Positions 1-10,185 of a stretch of DNA of 64,000 nucleotides are shown one piece after another. The position numbers and the translations under genes are program-made. The number at the start of each line of letters is the position of its first letter. Within the stretch, counting starts at the first letter, position 1. This stretch comes from an uncultured Verrucomicrobiae bacterium (lineage in GTDB: Bacteria; Verrucomicrobiota; Verrucomicrobiia; Opitutales; Opitutaceae): assembly GCA_963804395.1 (NCBI GenBank), contig CAWDQK010000002.1, positions 1,169 through 65,168 of the forward strand, written 5' to 3'. The notes below the pieces were generated by a model that was not told where the DNA came from, made no database searches, and saw only the letters and a list, made by a program, of their open reading frames with translations.

Positions 1-1
1 A

Positions 2-853
<852 letters not shown>

Positions 854-915
854 GACGTGCCTTCACGCGATTGGCTGTCGCGCCGCTGCCGCGAACCGGC
901 GGGTCGAATTGACCC

Positions 916-988
916 GCGGCCGAGAACGCAAACGTGGCTGCGAGCGTGAGCGAGCGGAAAGGGCGTCCACTCGCTCACGCTTGCGGCC
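916..988. repeat. GC-rich palindromic intergenic repeat, family 2 (CCGAGAACGCAAACGTGGCTGCGAGCGTGAGCGAGCGG - loop - CCACTCGCTCACGCTTGCGGCC)
   Basis: Near-perfect ~22-bp inverted repeat with 9-nt loop. Related copies at 16268-16316 (reverse orientation), 21310-21365 and 39515-39577. Confidence 0.6.
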
Positions 989-1174
989 ACACCTGATAAA
1001 CCGCGTTTGAAGTATTCCGGGCGGAGGCATCCAGGCGAATGCGCCCACCGTGGCACGGACGGGATAAAAGAATTGGGTGTATTCACCCAAGATCGCCTGA
1101 TCTCGGATGTCTTGTCAACAGCAAGACTGTCGTAATACTTTGGATATAGGTATGTTACAGAAACTATCAGATCC

Positions 1175-1190
1175 TGGCACGCCGTGAGCA
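1175..1190 (+). promoter_or_regulatory. candidate sigma-54 (-24/-12) promoter
   Basis: TGGCACG-N4-GAGCA with GG and GC at the canonical 10-nt spacing, ~50 nt upstream of the ATG at 1239 and directly downstream of a sigma-54 activator gene. Confidence 0.4.
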
Positions 1191-1238
1191 ATTAGCTGGT
1201 GTCCGAACGAAGATCCCAGTCAGCCCGATTCCAGTTCC

Positions 1239-2174
1239 ATGAAAACAACCCTTCCTTTTCTATTCTGCTTTGCCTGTCTGACCGCGGCATTCACCGCTCG
1301 CGCGGAGGATTATGGGGACATTACCGCCATCTCTTCCCTGGCGAACGACGACTATGTCCGGACCAAGCTTCCGAACGGTTCGTATGCGCCGGAGAGCTAT
1401 GCCTTCGGGGAAGGCGGACTGTGGAATGGACGCATGGGCGATCCCTCGATCGACAATCTGAGGTTCATCGAGATCGCGCGGACGATCGCGGGTCCGCTGG
1501 CGAGCCGGAGCTATGTGCCGGCACGTGATCCAAACACGACCAAGCTGTTGATCATGGTCTATTGGGGAACGACCATTGGCACTGACGACGCTTCCAGTTC
1601 CATTGGTTACCAGAATGCGAGTGCTGCCGTGCAAAACCTAGCCAACGCCAAGGGAGCCGTGCAGGCAGCGAGGGCGGCAAGATCCAGCGGAATGAACGGG
1701 ATGCTGGCCGGAGCGATCGGGCAGGCGGCGCAGTCTGAAATGGAATTGGCCATGGAGGAGATCGGATTGGAGAACGACATTCGCGACAAGCAGGACCTCG
1801 ATAATGCCCGCATTCTCGGCTACAACCGGACTGGAATGTTTCAAACGGACTACGGTCGGGGACTCGAGGGGACTGCGTTACGCTACCGGCGGCGCGATCT
1901 GATTGCGGAAGTCGAGGACGACCGCTATTTCGTCGTGTTGATGGCCTATGATTTTCAACTGATGTGGAAGCAGAAAAAGCACAAGTTGCTTTGGGAAACG
2001 CGCTACAGCATCCGGCAGTACCACAATGATTTCGACAAGGTGCTGGCGGGGATGACCCAATATGCGTCGCAATATTTCGGCAAGGACAGCCAGGGATTGA
2101 TCCGCCAGCGGCTGCCGGTCGGCAACGTCAACATCGGTGAGCCAAAAGTCATCGAGGTTGAGCCGGCAAGATGA
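1239..2174 (+). CDS. secreted hypothetical protein, paralog A of a 3-member family in this window
   Basis: 311-aa ORF with signal peptide MKTTLPFLFCFACLTAAFTARA. Shares motifs YVRTKLxxGS, DPxIDxLxFxxxAxxIAGxL, YVPxRDxNxTKLLIxVYWG and RYFVVLxAYDF..LLWxTRxSIR with 2215-3391 and 12177-13460. No characterised domain recognised. Confidence 0.6.
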   Translation: MKTTLPFLFCFACLTAAFTARAEDYGDITAISSLANDDYVRTKLPNGSYAPESYAFGEGGLWNGRMGDPSIDNLRFIEIARTIAGPLASRSYVPARDPNTTKLLIMVYWGTTIGTDDASSSIGYQNASAAVQNLANAKGAVQAARAARSSGMNGMLAGAIGQAAQSEMELAMEEIGLENDIRDKQDLDNARILGYNRTGMFQTDYGRGLEGTALRYRRRDLIAEVEDDRYFVVLMAYDFQLMWKQKKHKLLWETRYSIRQYHNDFDKVLAGMTQYASQYFGKDSQGLIRQRLPVGNVNIGEPKVIEVEPAR

Positions 2175-2214
2175 ACCAGGCAAACGGGACCGCACACCTC
2201 GTCCGCCGCTCAAG

Positions 2215-3391
2215 ATGCGAACAGCAATCATACTCTGTCTTGCCCTGCTTACTTCGCCGGCCATTCTTCGTGCCGGGTCCGGTTTCGACACGATCGCCGT
2301 CGCGGAGCAGACGGTGCCGGGTGCCAGGATCAATTCTCCTGCGCCAGGGCATCCCGCTTACTATGTCGCCTATGATGGCGGCTATATCGAAGCCGGAGCG
2401 GTCATCGGGGGGCTGAAACCGCCGGCCGGCGCCGCGATCGGGCGGGCGCTGCGCTCCGCCCTTGGAGACGCCGGATATGAAGCGGCTTCGGCTCAAACCG
2501 TCCCCTCGCTGGTCCTGGTCTATCATTGGGGCTCCATTCGCCTCAACTACGGTGGCCAAACCGACTCCTTTCCCAATCTGGATGCCCGGCTGTCGTTGGT
2601 CGCGCCGGCGAGGATGGTCCGCCAGGCCGAGGAGTTCGTGCTGCACGGGCATGACGCAAATGTCGGCTACGTTGCAAGTGATCTGCAGTTCGACCCTGGA
2701 GTTCGCCCATGGTGCCCGTTACTTTGTGATCGTCTCGGCCTACGATTTTTCGGCTCTCACGCGGCACAACGTAATGCTGCTATGGCGCGTCAGGCTGAGC
2801 ACGCCGGAGAACAGCGGACCGATGGATGAGGCCCTGCTCGCGCTGGTCGGCAGTTGCAGTCCGTACTTGGGACGCAACTTCGACGACCGGCAGCGAATCT
2901 CAGCGTTGTTGCCCGCCCAGGATCTGGCGGGCCGGATCGGGGAGGGGGACGGGGCGGCGCTGCCGGTTCCGGACGCCACCGGACGGCTGGATGCGGGATT
3001 GATCAGCGACCTGATGCACCAGGAGCATGCGTTGTTCTCGGGCGAGCCATTTAGCGGGAACCTGGATTCCCATCCCCTCCTGCCGCCGGCGCTGGCCGAA
3101 CGCATTGCGGCCTACCGGCAGGAGAAGACCAAGTTGCAGGCGATCCTGGCGGAGAAGATCAAATCTCAGGCGCCCGGGGCGGACACCCGCCGCGCGATCG
3201 ACGCATTCAACTCCGAATACTCCGGGCGCATCCTGGCGCTCGGCCAGATGAGGGAACGCATCCGCAGCGCACTCGCGCAACTTCCGGCCGCGGAATCGCC
3301 GCCGGCCGAAGGACAGCCGCTCGACGCCTTGCTGCGCGAATTCGCGATCGATGTCCGGCATCTGGAACGCCCCCCGGCGGACACCCCCTGA
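2215..3391 (+). CDS. secreted hypothetical protein, paralog C; reading frame switches near nt 2690-2700
   Basis: Signal peptide MRTAIILCLALLTSPAILRA at 2215. Family motif SLVLVYHWG in frame 1, then ARYFVIVSAYDF..LLWRVRLS in frame 2 (ORF 2462-3391). Junction lies at gcagttcgaccctggagttcgccc. Confidence 0.5.
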
Positions 3392-3393
3392 CG

Positions 3394-4797
3394 ATGCCGG
3401 GCGGCGGACCGCCCGCCCGGATGTTTCGCCGCTCACTCCGCAACCGAATGCACCCACCAATCAAGCGCCCCGCGCTGCCGATGCTGCTCGCCGGCGCGCT
3501 CTTGGTGGGGATTTTTGCGGCGTTGGTGGTCGACTTTCGCGCCACGCTGCGGGAGCAGATCAGACAGACAATCATCAACCGCAATGCGGCCGTGCTCCGG
3601 CCGGTGGCCCTGCGGCAGTTGATGCAACGCGAGAACAGCCCCGGCGATCCGGCCAGCCTGCTCGCGGCCGTCCTGGAGAGCGTTCAGCAGGAGGACATGC
3701 TCGCCGTGGTGATTTTTGATGCGCAGGGCCGCACGCTACAGTTTGCTCCGCATTCGCTGCTTTTCGCCGAGCTGCCGCTGGATGATTACCTTCGGCTGCT
3801 CCAAGGCGATCCGATCAGCCGTTTTCATCCGGACTTCCCGCTCGATCGCTATTTTTCCGGCGTTGGCCCGTCGCCGACCGCCCGTTCAACGCCCGTGCTG
3901 GAAGTGCTGCTGCCGCTGCATGGCCGGGATGCCGACAGGAATCTGGGTTTTGCCCAGTATTACATCGACGGCCGTCCGCTGGCCGAGGAACTCTCAGCTA
4001 TCGACCGGCGCATCAACCGTCAGACAGCCGCCACTCTTTGCATCGGTGCCGCGCTGATCATTGCCGTCGTGACGGTCGCGTATTTCCGCCTGCGCCGGGC
4101 GCACGACCGGTTGGTGAAGGCCAATTTCGAACTCACCCTTTCCGCCAAGGCCTCCGCCCTCGGACAGATTTCCTCGCATTTGATTCACGGCTTGCAGGGC
4201 TCCGTCGCCGGTTTGCGGGCCGTCGTGGCTGGCCGCGACCCGGCGGTCGCAGATGCTGCCGACTGGGAGGCTGCCGCCGGATACACGGACCGGATGCAGG
4301 AGATGATTCATGAAGCCGTGGCCCTGTTGGGCGACTCCGCGTCAAGCGAGACGCACGAACTCACCGGGCAGGAGATCGCGAGCCTCATCCGTGAGCGCAG
4401 CGCGGCGGCGGCGGCGCAGAAGGGAGTCATCTTCACGGTTAACGGCCGTTTCGATTGCCCGCTCGACAGTCATCGCGGCGGGCTGCTTTCCCTTATCACC
4501 AGCAATCTTGTCCAGAACGCGATCGAAGCGACCGACGCGGGCCGGAATGTCGTCGTGAAGCTGTGCAGCGGAGATGACAGCGCGTCCATCATCGTTTCCG
4601 ACGAAGGCCACGGCATCGCCGAGGAATTGCGCGCCCATCTCTTCGAGCCCGGTCGAACCGGCCGCCCGGGCGGGTCAGGTTTGGGTCTGGCCATCAGCCG
4701 GTTGCTCGCGCGGCAGATTGGAGCGACCCTGACGCTCGAATCGACGGGAGCCGAGGGAACCACGTTTTGCGTGAAGTTGCCGCTGGTCTACACCTGA
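3394..4797 (+). CDS. sensor histidine kinase with periplasmic sensor domain
   Basis: TM1 LLAGALLVGIFAALVV, ~190-aa extracytoplasmic segment, TM2 LCIGAALIIAVVTVAYF, H-box ISSHLIHGLQGS, HATPase_c N-box NLVQNAIEA, G1 DEGHGI, G2 GSGLGLAIS. The true start may be an internal Met (3421 or later). Confidence 0.8.
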   Translation: MPGGGPPARMFRRSLRNRMHPPIKRPALPMLLAGALLVGIFAALVVDFRATLREQIRQTIINRNAAVLRPVALRQLMQRENSPGDPASLLAAVLESVQQEDMLAVVIFDAQGRTLQFAPHSLLFAELPLDDYLRLLQGDPISRFHPDFPLDRYFSGVGPSPTARSTPVLEVLLPLHGRDADRNLGFAQYYIDGRPLAEELSAIDRRINRQTAATLCIGAALIIAVVTVAYFRLRRAHDRLVKANFELTLSAKASALGQISSHLIHGLQGSVAGLRAVVAGRDPAVADAADWEAAAGYTDRMQEMIHEAVALLGDSASSETHELTGQEIASLIRERSAAAAAQKGVIFTVNGRFDCPLDSHRGGLLSLITSNLVQNAIEATDAGRNVVVKLCSGDDSASIIVSDEGHGIAEELRAHLFEPGRTGRPGGSGLGLAISRLLARQIGATLTLESTGAEGTTFCVKLPLVYT

Positions 4798-4831
4798 GGC
4801 AGGATGGTGCGGAGGAAGTTTGGCCGGGCAT

Positions 4832-4992
4832 GGCGGCGGGCCTCACCGCGCCGGCTACAGCGGACGGTCTTCTGCAGCCGGGGGCGCATGCCCTGAGCCT
4901 GCCGAACGGGCCGACCCCGGCCTGAATGTCTGCCGGGCTGCGGTGCGTAGACTTGATCGAAGGCCGGCCTCACCGCGGCCGGCTACAATTGC
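4832..4992. repeat. GC-rich mosaic palindromic repeat array, family 1 (GGCCGGCCTCAC/ACGCGGCCGGCTACAGCGGACGGTC..CTGCAGCCGGGGGCGC..CCTGAGCCTGCCGAACGG)
   Basis: Modules GGCCGGCCTCA(A/C)CGCGG, CCGGCTACAG, CTGTAGCCGGGGGCGCTGACCCCGG and CTGAGCCTGTCGAACGG recur in varying order at 18940-19100, 30385-30445, 33696-33724, 36323-36546, 37866-37900, 42950-43060, 51495-51530 and 58440-58500. Confidence 0.65.
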
Positions 4993-5063
4993 AAGGGTGC
5001 GCCGGCAGCGCAGCGCCCGCCAGAACCCGAATTGCCGCGTGTTTCTCTCCGGGAAAGCCGGAA

Positions 5064-6101
5064 TCAAGCATCCGCCAGCTGCCGAAACCCAAGCTGATCG
5101 CCGAGGGCGAGGCATTCTGCGGCCGGGCGGACGCTCTGGGAACAGGTTGGGTGATAAAGCGAAGCGGCGGCAGCGCAGACTCCAAGCTTGAGGCTCCGCT
5201 GCATCGTCCAGAATTCGTGGCAGCCGTAGAGAACGCCGGCGGCAAACGCATCGCCCGCACCGGCGAGTCCGGCGATGTCGCCTGCGGGAACATCTACGCT
5301 GGACTGCCAGATCACTCCGCCGCCCGCGGAGCTGGCGCATGCGCCTTCGGGAAAATGGATCAGCGCCCATTCATGCACGCCAAGCCCGACCAGCATCTTG
5401 GCGGCCCGTTCAACCGTGCGGCGATCGAGTTCCATGCCACGCCGGAGGGGAAAGCCGGTGAGTTTCTCGGCTTCAAAGTCATTGGCAAACAGCAAATCGA
5501 CCTCCGGCAGCACCGGCGCGACGACGGTGAGAAAGCGGCCGCTGTTGTCGCTGACGCAATCCATCGACGTCGCCAGGCCGGCCGCTCGCGCCTGCGCGAA
5601 GACCCGGGCCAGGCGCGGGAGGCCGTCAACTCCGGGAGCGTCAAGGGCGTCAAGGAGCAGCGCGTATCCCAGGTGAAAGCGCCGGGCACGCGTGCGGAGA
5701 AAGTCGAAATGTTCCGGCGCGAGGAGCGCGTTCGCGCCGCGCTGGTGAAAAAAGGTGCGGCGACCGGTGGACTTCACTGTCATGACATCCGTGTAGGACG
5801 TGGCGGCGTCCGCCGTGACCGCGAGTTGCGCGGTGCCGATGTGATGGGCGCGGCAGTCGTCGCGGATCAGCCGGCCGCCGTCGTCGTCGCCCACCAAACC
5901 GACGCCTTCGAGCGGAAACGGCGCGCCGAGCCGGGCGAGGTCCTTGAGGACGTTGTACGGCGAGCCGCCATTGCCCCACGACTCACTGAGAATGTTGGCG
6001 AGCGAGTCCTCCGGTGGCCACGCGTCGATGACCTTTACGTGGTCGATGAGCCAGTTGCCGCCGGCGAGAAGGCCGCGGCGCGTTGGATCGATGGCAGTCA
6101 T
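5064..6101 (-). CDS. PfkB-family carbohydrate kinase (ribokinase-like)
   Basis: 345 aa. C-terminal PfkB signature GAGDAFAAGVLYG. N-terminal region resembles ribokinase-fold kinases. Confidence 0.85.
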   Translation of the reverse strand: MTAIDPTRRGLLAGGNWLIDHVKVIDAWPPEDSLANILSESWGNGGSPYNVLKDLARLGAPFPLEGVGLVGDDDGGRLIRDDCRAHHIGTAQLAVTADAATSYTDVMTVKSTGRRTFFHQRGANALLAPEHFDFLRTRARRFHLGYALLLDALDAPGVDGLPRLARVFAQARAAGLATSMDCVSDNSGRFLTVVAPVLPEVDLLFANDFEAEKLTGFPLRRGMELDRRTVERAAKMLVGLGVHEWALIHFPEGACASSAGGGVIWQSSVDVPAGDIAGLAGAGDAFAAGVLYGCHEFWTMQRSLKLGVCAAAASLYHPTCSQSVRPAAECLALGDQLGFRQLADA

Positions 6102-6670
6102 GGAGAGACCAGCTTCACCGCTGCAGGCTCGTCTGCCTCGACGCCGGGGAAGCGGCCGACATCGGGGTTCAGGAAGAGATTGTCGTGGAGGTCGTCGTTG
6201 GCGGTGGAAACCTCACCGATGACGCATTCGGCGCTGGAAGGGAAGAACTCGTGCCACACGCCCGGGACCAGCGTGACTCGCGAGCCGGCGGCAAGGACGA
6301 ACGGTTCTCCGGAACGGACTGTCGTCAGCTCGCCATCGACGGGCACCGCGAACGTGGGGGCGAGTTGGGCCACTGTCGTCGGTTTCGCGGGCCAGAGCCT
6401 GAGCGTAAGTTCGCCCGCGCGGCAGATGATGTCCTCCTTCTTGTTGGCGTGGCAGTGGCAGACCGTGGTCTGGCCCCGCGTCGCCCACATCAGTTTCTCG
6501 CAATACTCCGGCTCCGTCGCGAGGTTGACCAATACGGAACCGTAATGCTCGAAATCGCCGAGGCCAAAGTCGGTGATGTCCCACTTTGGTCTTGGCGGCA
6601 GGGTCCAGCCATTTCGTGCGAAACAGGCGGTGGCGGCACGGAAGGCGGAGTTGATAACGGATTGTTTCAT
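6098..6670 (-). CDS. cupin-type sugar isomerase (D-lyxose/D-mannose ketol-isomerase-like)
   Basis: 190 aa. Cupin metal motif CHCHANKKEDIICRAGE plus second His motif PGVWHEF. Size and motifs fit the D-lyxose isomerase cupin family. Family assignment is from memory, not a search. Confidence 0.45.
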   Translation of the reverse strand: MKQSVINSAFRAATACFARNGWTLPPRPKWDITDFGLGDFEHYGSVLVNLATEPEYCEKLMWATRGQTTVCHCHANKKEDIICRAGELTLRLWPAKPTTVAQLAPTFAVPVDGELTTVRSGEPFVLAAGSRVTLVPGVWHEFFPSSAECVIGEVSTANDDLHDNLFLNPDVGRFPGVEADEPAAVKLVSP

Positions 6671-6676
6671 GACAAT

Positions 6677-7768
6677 TTAGCGTCGGGCGCGGGAAGGCAT
6701 GGCGGTGGGCTGCAAGTCCGCACTGAGCGGCCGGTGGGGGCGAATGCGGAGTCGCCGCAGCGTCGCGTGATAGGCGCGGACCGCCTCGGCCGGCTTGATT
6801 TCACCGTCGGCGATCCGCCGCAAAAACTCGATGAACGTCACCGGATGTTCGGAGAGATTGATCTTTCGGCCGAAAAGCGCCGCCCAAGCGCCATGCTGCT
6901 GGGCGTCGTGGATGAGTTGGAACGCGTCAAGGGTGGTTCCAGCGCTGCCGCCGAGGATTCCGACGATCAGACTTGGATCGTAGGTGACCAACTCTTCGAG
7001 CGGGCCCGGCCCATGGTAGGGAATCTTCAGGAAAATCGGCCGCCCCACCGAGGGCACGCCGGCGAGCGCGCGCACGATGTGGTCGTTGAGAAATGCCCCG
7101 ATCCGGCGGGCGGGAATGCCGGTGGCGACATTCGGATTGAACACTTCGAGGAGATAGCGGAATTGCTTGGCTTCCGCCTCCTGGCGAAAGGCGGCGAACT
7201 CTTCGAGCGTCCGGTGGTCCGCGTCGAGGTTGTTCGTAAAGGTGATTGAATACAGCCCGAGGTCCGCCCCGGTGGCCGGTCGCGTGCAATCCGCCGTCGT
7301 CTGGCCGTATTTGATCTGTTCGATCGACGCACTGCGGAACGGTCGGGATGGCTGGGTGTGGTATTTCCCGCCCCGGACCAGCCAGATGTCGGTTGTGTCG
7401 TTGGCCCGGCCCGCGGGTGTGATCGGGGAGTGCTCGAACAGGCGCTCGCGCATGGCAAGCTGCTCGATGTTCGAGGCGGACAGCAGAACGATGTCCACGA
7501 GACCTTGCGCCACGACGTCGCGGATCTGGGCACGGTAATCCTCCAGTGTCTTCCAGCAACCACCCGGGACCTGGCGGAGCCGCGGCCGCTGCTCTCCCGG
7601 GCCGGGCGCGGTCAGGCCAAGCGCCAGGTCGGCGTCCTTGGCGTCGGCAATGATGAAGTCACTCCGCGTCGCCTGTCCGGCGCGGATGCGGGCCAGCTTT
7701 TCGTCGAGACGTTTCGGTGCGGACATTGGTTTGGGTGACGGATGAGGAGAAGGACGGTGGGGTGCCAT
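6677..7768 (-). CDS. hypothetical protein, possibly a TIM-barrel class I aldolase (LacD/DeoC-like)
   Basis: 363-aa ORF, translationally adjacent to the kinase and isomerase. Assignment is tentative and rests on context plus the IIADAKDAD and FLKIPY segments. Confidence 0.4.
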   Translation of the reverse strand: MAPHRPSPHPSPKPMSAPKRLDEKLARIRAGQATRSDFIIADAKDADLALGLTAPGPGEQRPRLRQVPGGCWKTLEDYRAQIRDVVAQGLVDIVLLSASNIEQLAMRERLFEHSPITPAGRANDTTDIWLVRGGKYHTQPSRPFRSASIEQIKYGQTTADCTRPATGADLGLYSITFTNNLDADHRTLEEFAAFRQEAEAKQFRYLLEVFNPNVATGIPARRIGAFLNDHIVRALAGVPSVGRPIFLKIPYHGPGPLEELVTYDPSLIVGILGGSAGTTLDAFQLIHDAQQHGAWAALFGRKINLSEHPVTFIEFLRRIADGEIKPAEAVRAYHATLRRLRIRPHRPLSADLQPTAMPSRARR

Positions 7769-7877
7769 TATCTGCGCGCCTCGTCGCGCCGCGACGATTT
7801 TGTTGGAGGCTGGCGAGGCGATGGCTCAAGTCGGTGGGCGGTCAACGTGGCGCCTGGCCGCGCCGAAGACGCGCCCA

Positions 7878-7908
7878 GGATCAATGTCAACTAATAGATG
7901 ACATTTCG
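7878..7908. repeat. 31-bp AT-rich palindromic element GGATCAATGTCAACTAATAGATGACATTTCG, copy 1
   Basis: Exact reverse-complement copy at 37944-37974. Internal 7-bp inverted arms AATGTCA/TGACATT around a 9-bp AT-rich core. Supplies the last 7 codons (VEMSSIS) and the stop of the GH2 gene. Confidence 0.8.
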
Positions 7909-10136
7909 ACCCGGGCAGGGGCGCCCGGTGGTTCCTCATCCGCCGGAGCAAGCGGCATTGTGTATTCGGAATCCCATTCCGGGCGTCCCTCGACACGCAG
8001 GCGCAGGGTGAATCGATCGGCGTTGGCGGGGTGGGTCAGGCGCCAGTGCAAAACTGGTCCCCGCACGTGGCGGTCGGAAACGGCTTCCGGGTGCTCCCAG
8101 GTCAAGACGGTCGTTTCGAGGTCAGCCAGGACGATGGCCGCGGCGATGCGGCCGGCGGGAATGGTTTCATTCGAGTCGTTCAGGAGCCAGAGCTCAGCCG
8201 CGAAATCTTCCCCCTCCGTCCAGGAGAATTTCGGGATGCGGGCGCTGGCCATGACCGGCCGGCAGGCTGCGGCTACCGCGTGATAGGCCGGTTTCGGCTC
8301 GGCGGGCCAGTTGACGATGCTGTTGTTGGCAGCGGATGGCCAAGGCTCGTTGAAACACCAGTTGAGGGCCATCGAGCACCCGGGCTTTTGCCGACGCGCC
8401 TCTTCGAAAATCACCTTGTACCCCTCGGCTTGCAGCCATTGACCCTGCGCGACCGCTGCTTCCAGGCCGGCGGGCTCGCCGAAATAGTGTCGCTGAACGT
8501 CGAGGAAAAGCCAGGACGTGGGTTCCATCGACCATGCGCCGAGGCCGTGGTGGACCTGCCAGGACGATCCCGGCTGTGGAGGCCAAAGCTCGGACTCGGG
8601 GATGAATTTCTTGAGGTAATCCACCGGCGAAGGGCCCGGACAGCCGAACTCCGAGTAGGCCGTGCCGCTGGCCGCCGCGAAGATCTGGTGGACTTCGCGT
8701 CCACGCTCGTCGCGGAACCGGTAGTCGCCATGCCTCATGCCGTCCAGGGGCGCCGTCGGAATGAACGGCGTGGCGGGATCGAGATCGAGGCAGTTACGGT
8801 TCAGAATCCGCAACGCGAGCGACTGGTCGGTCATGCGCGACCATGAATTGAACAGCTCGTTGCCGCCGCACCAGATTGCCAGGCACGGATGACGCCGAAG
8901 GCGGCGGATGATCGACCGCGATTCTGCCTCAAGGACCCGCAGGTAGTCCGGATCATCGGCGTAGAGATTGCACGCGAGAGGAAACTCCTGCCAGACCAAC
9001 AGTCCCATTTCATCGCACAGATCGAAGAACCCCTCCTTGTTCACGATCCCGCCGCCCCAGGAGCGGATGAGGTTGAGGTGGGCGTCGCGGATGAGCCCGA
9101 GCAGCGGCCGGTAGGTTGCGGTGTTGATTGTGCCAGGAAAAATGTCGGGAGGCACCCAATTGGTTCCTCGTGCGAAAATCGGCCGGCCGTTGATTTCGAT
9201 CGTGATCGGCGGATGATTGCGCGACTTCGGAAAACTCGCCGGCAGATCCCACGCTCCTTCATGCATCACCAGTTTCACCTGGCGAAATCCAACACGTTCA
9301 ACCCGCTGGTTGACAGGCTTGCCCGACGGATCCAGAAGCTCGAATGTCGCCCGATAGAGCGGCTGGAGCCCATGGTCCTGCGGCCACCAGAGCTGCGGGT
9401 GTGCGAGTTTCGCCACGTCCCGACCTTTGCCTCCGGCCAGGTCGCTCTGGCCACTGAGCACCGCGGCCCCCGAAGGATTCGAAAGCGTCCAACGCCAGCT
9501 CAGACCGTCCGCCGCTGCGGAAGCGGAAACCGCCAACTCCAAATCCGCGCTTCGCAGCGACTGATCCAGGCGATAGGTGACGCCGCATTCCAGAAAATGC
9601 GCCGATGGCCTGACCTCCAGGCAGGTGTCCTGCCAGATGCCCAGCGGAATCAGGCGAGGATGCCAGTCCCATCCATAGGCGACCGCCGGCTTCACGCTCA
9701 GGCGGGCCTGGCTCGGATCGTCCCGTGGCGACGGGGCCATTGGCGCTGGCCAGAGGCGTATTTCCAGAAGGCCGCCCGATTGCGCCCGATCCGTGAGATC
9801 GATTTCAAAGGGCGTGAACATGCCCTCCTGTTCATGCACAATCTGGTCGTTCCAGACGACGGCGAACCGATAGTCAACCCCGCCACAAACGAGAAAAAGT
9901 CGCCCGCTGCCGGCGTTGAAGGAGCCGCCAACCCGGGCGCGATAGGTCCAGTAGACGTCTTCCATCCAGCGATAGGACGCGCAATTGGCGCCGTGCCAAT
10001 AGGGCGGCCAACCCTCTGCCCGCGCCCAGTCGAGCTGCACGGCCCCGGGCACCGCGGCGGGCACCCAACGTGCCGGTCGCGCTTCGGCCGACGGAGCGTG
10101 GCCCACTTCCCAATCGAAATCGATGCGGCGGATCAT
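7887..10136 (-). CDS. glycoside hydrolase family 2 (beta-mannosidase/beta-galactosidase-like)
   Basis: 749 aa. GH2 TIM-barrel segment NLIRSWGGGIVNKEGFFDLCDEMGLLVWQEFPLACN, paralogous to the same segment in 13469-16099. No signal peptide. Confidence 0.8.
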   Translation of the reverse strand: MIRRIDFDWEVGHAPSAEARPARWVPAAVPGAVQLDWARAEGWPPYWHGANCASYRWMEDVYWTYRARVGGSFNAGSGRLFLVCGGVDYRFAVVWNDQIVHEQEGMFTPFEIDLTDRAQSGGLLEIRLWPAPMAPSPRDDPSQARLSVKPAVAYGWDWHPRLIPLGIWQDTCLEVRPSAHFLECGVTYRLDQSLRSADLELAVSASAAADGLSWRWTLSNPSGAAVLSGQSDLAGGKGRDVAKLAHPQLWWPQDHGLQPLYRATFELLDPSGKPVNQRVERVGFRQVKLVMHEGAWDLPASFPKSRNHPPITIEINGRPIFARGTNWVPPDIFPGTINTATYRPLLGLIRDAHLNLIRSWGGGIVNKEGFFDLCDEMGLLVWQEFPLACNLYADDPDYLRVLEAESRSIIRRLRRHPCLAIWCGGNELFNSWSRMTDQSLALRILNRNCLDLDPATPFIPTAPLDGMRHGDYRFRDERGREVHQIFAAASGTAYSEFGCPGPSPVDYLKKFIPESELWPPQPGSSWQVHHGLGAWSMEPTSWLFLDVQRHYFGEPAGLEAAVAQGQWLQAEGYKVIFEEARRQKPGCSMALNWCFNEPWPSAANNSIVNWPAEPKPAYHAVAAACRPVMASARIPKFSWTEGEDFAAELWLLNDSNETIPAGRIAAAIVLADLETTVLTWEHPEAVSDRHVRGPVLHWRLTHPANADRFTLRLRVEGRPEWDSEYTMPLAPADEEPPGAPARVEMSSIS

Positions 10137-10185
10137 GGTGAATTCGGGAGGTGCAATGGCACTATCCAGCGCGGGGCAGGCGATT

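Noticed and set aside
4926-6545. 539-aa plus-strand ORF, and similar long ORFs (6083-7249, 8889-10463, 13745-14524, 14681-15994, 16350-18713, 22988-23797, 24516-25781, 29488-30387, 32758-33597, 34308-35249, 38897-40567, 40233-41375, 46833-47759, 48015-49154, 49586-50782, 51703-52734, 52643-53731, 56209-57801, 58571-59656, 59768-60547, 60871-61812)
   Set aside because: All lie antisense to well-supported genes (PfkB kinase, GH2, GH31, hybrid HK, sucC, rlmJ, gluQ, GH116, GH89, GH20, nagB and others). Long antisense ORFs are expected at 65% GC. Their translations are Arg/Ala/Pro-rich without motifs.
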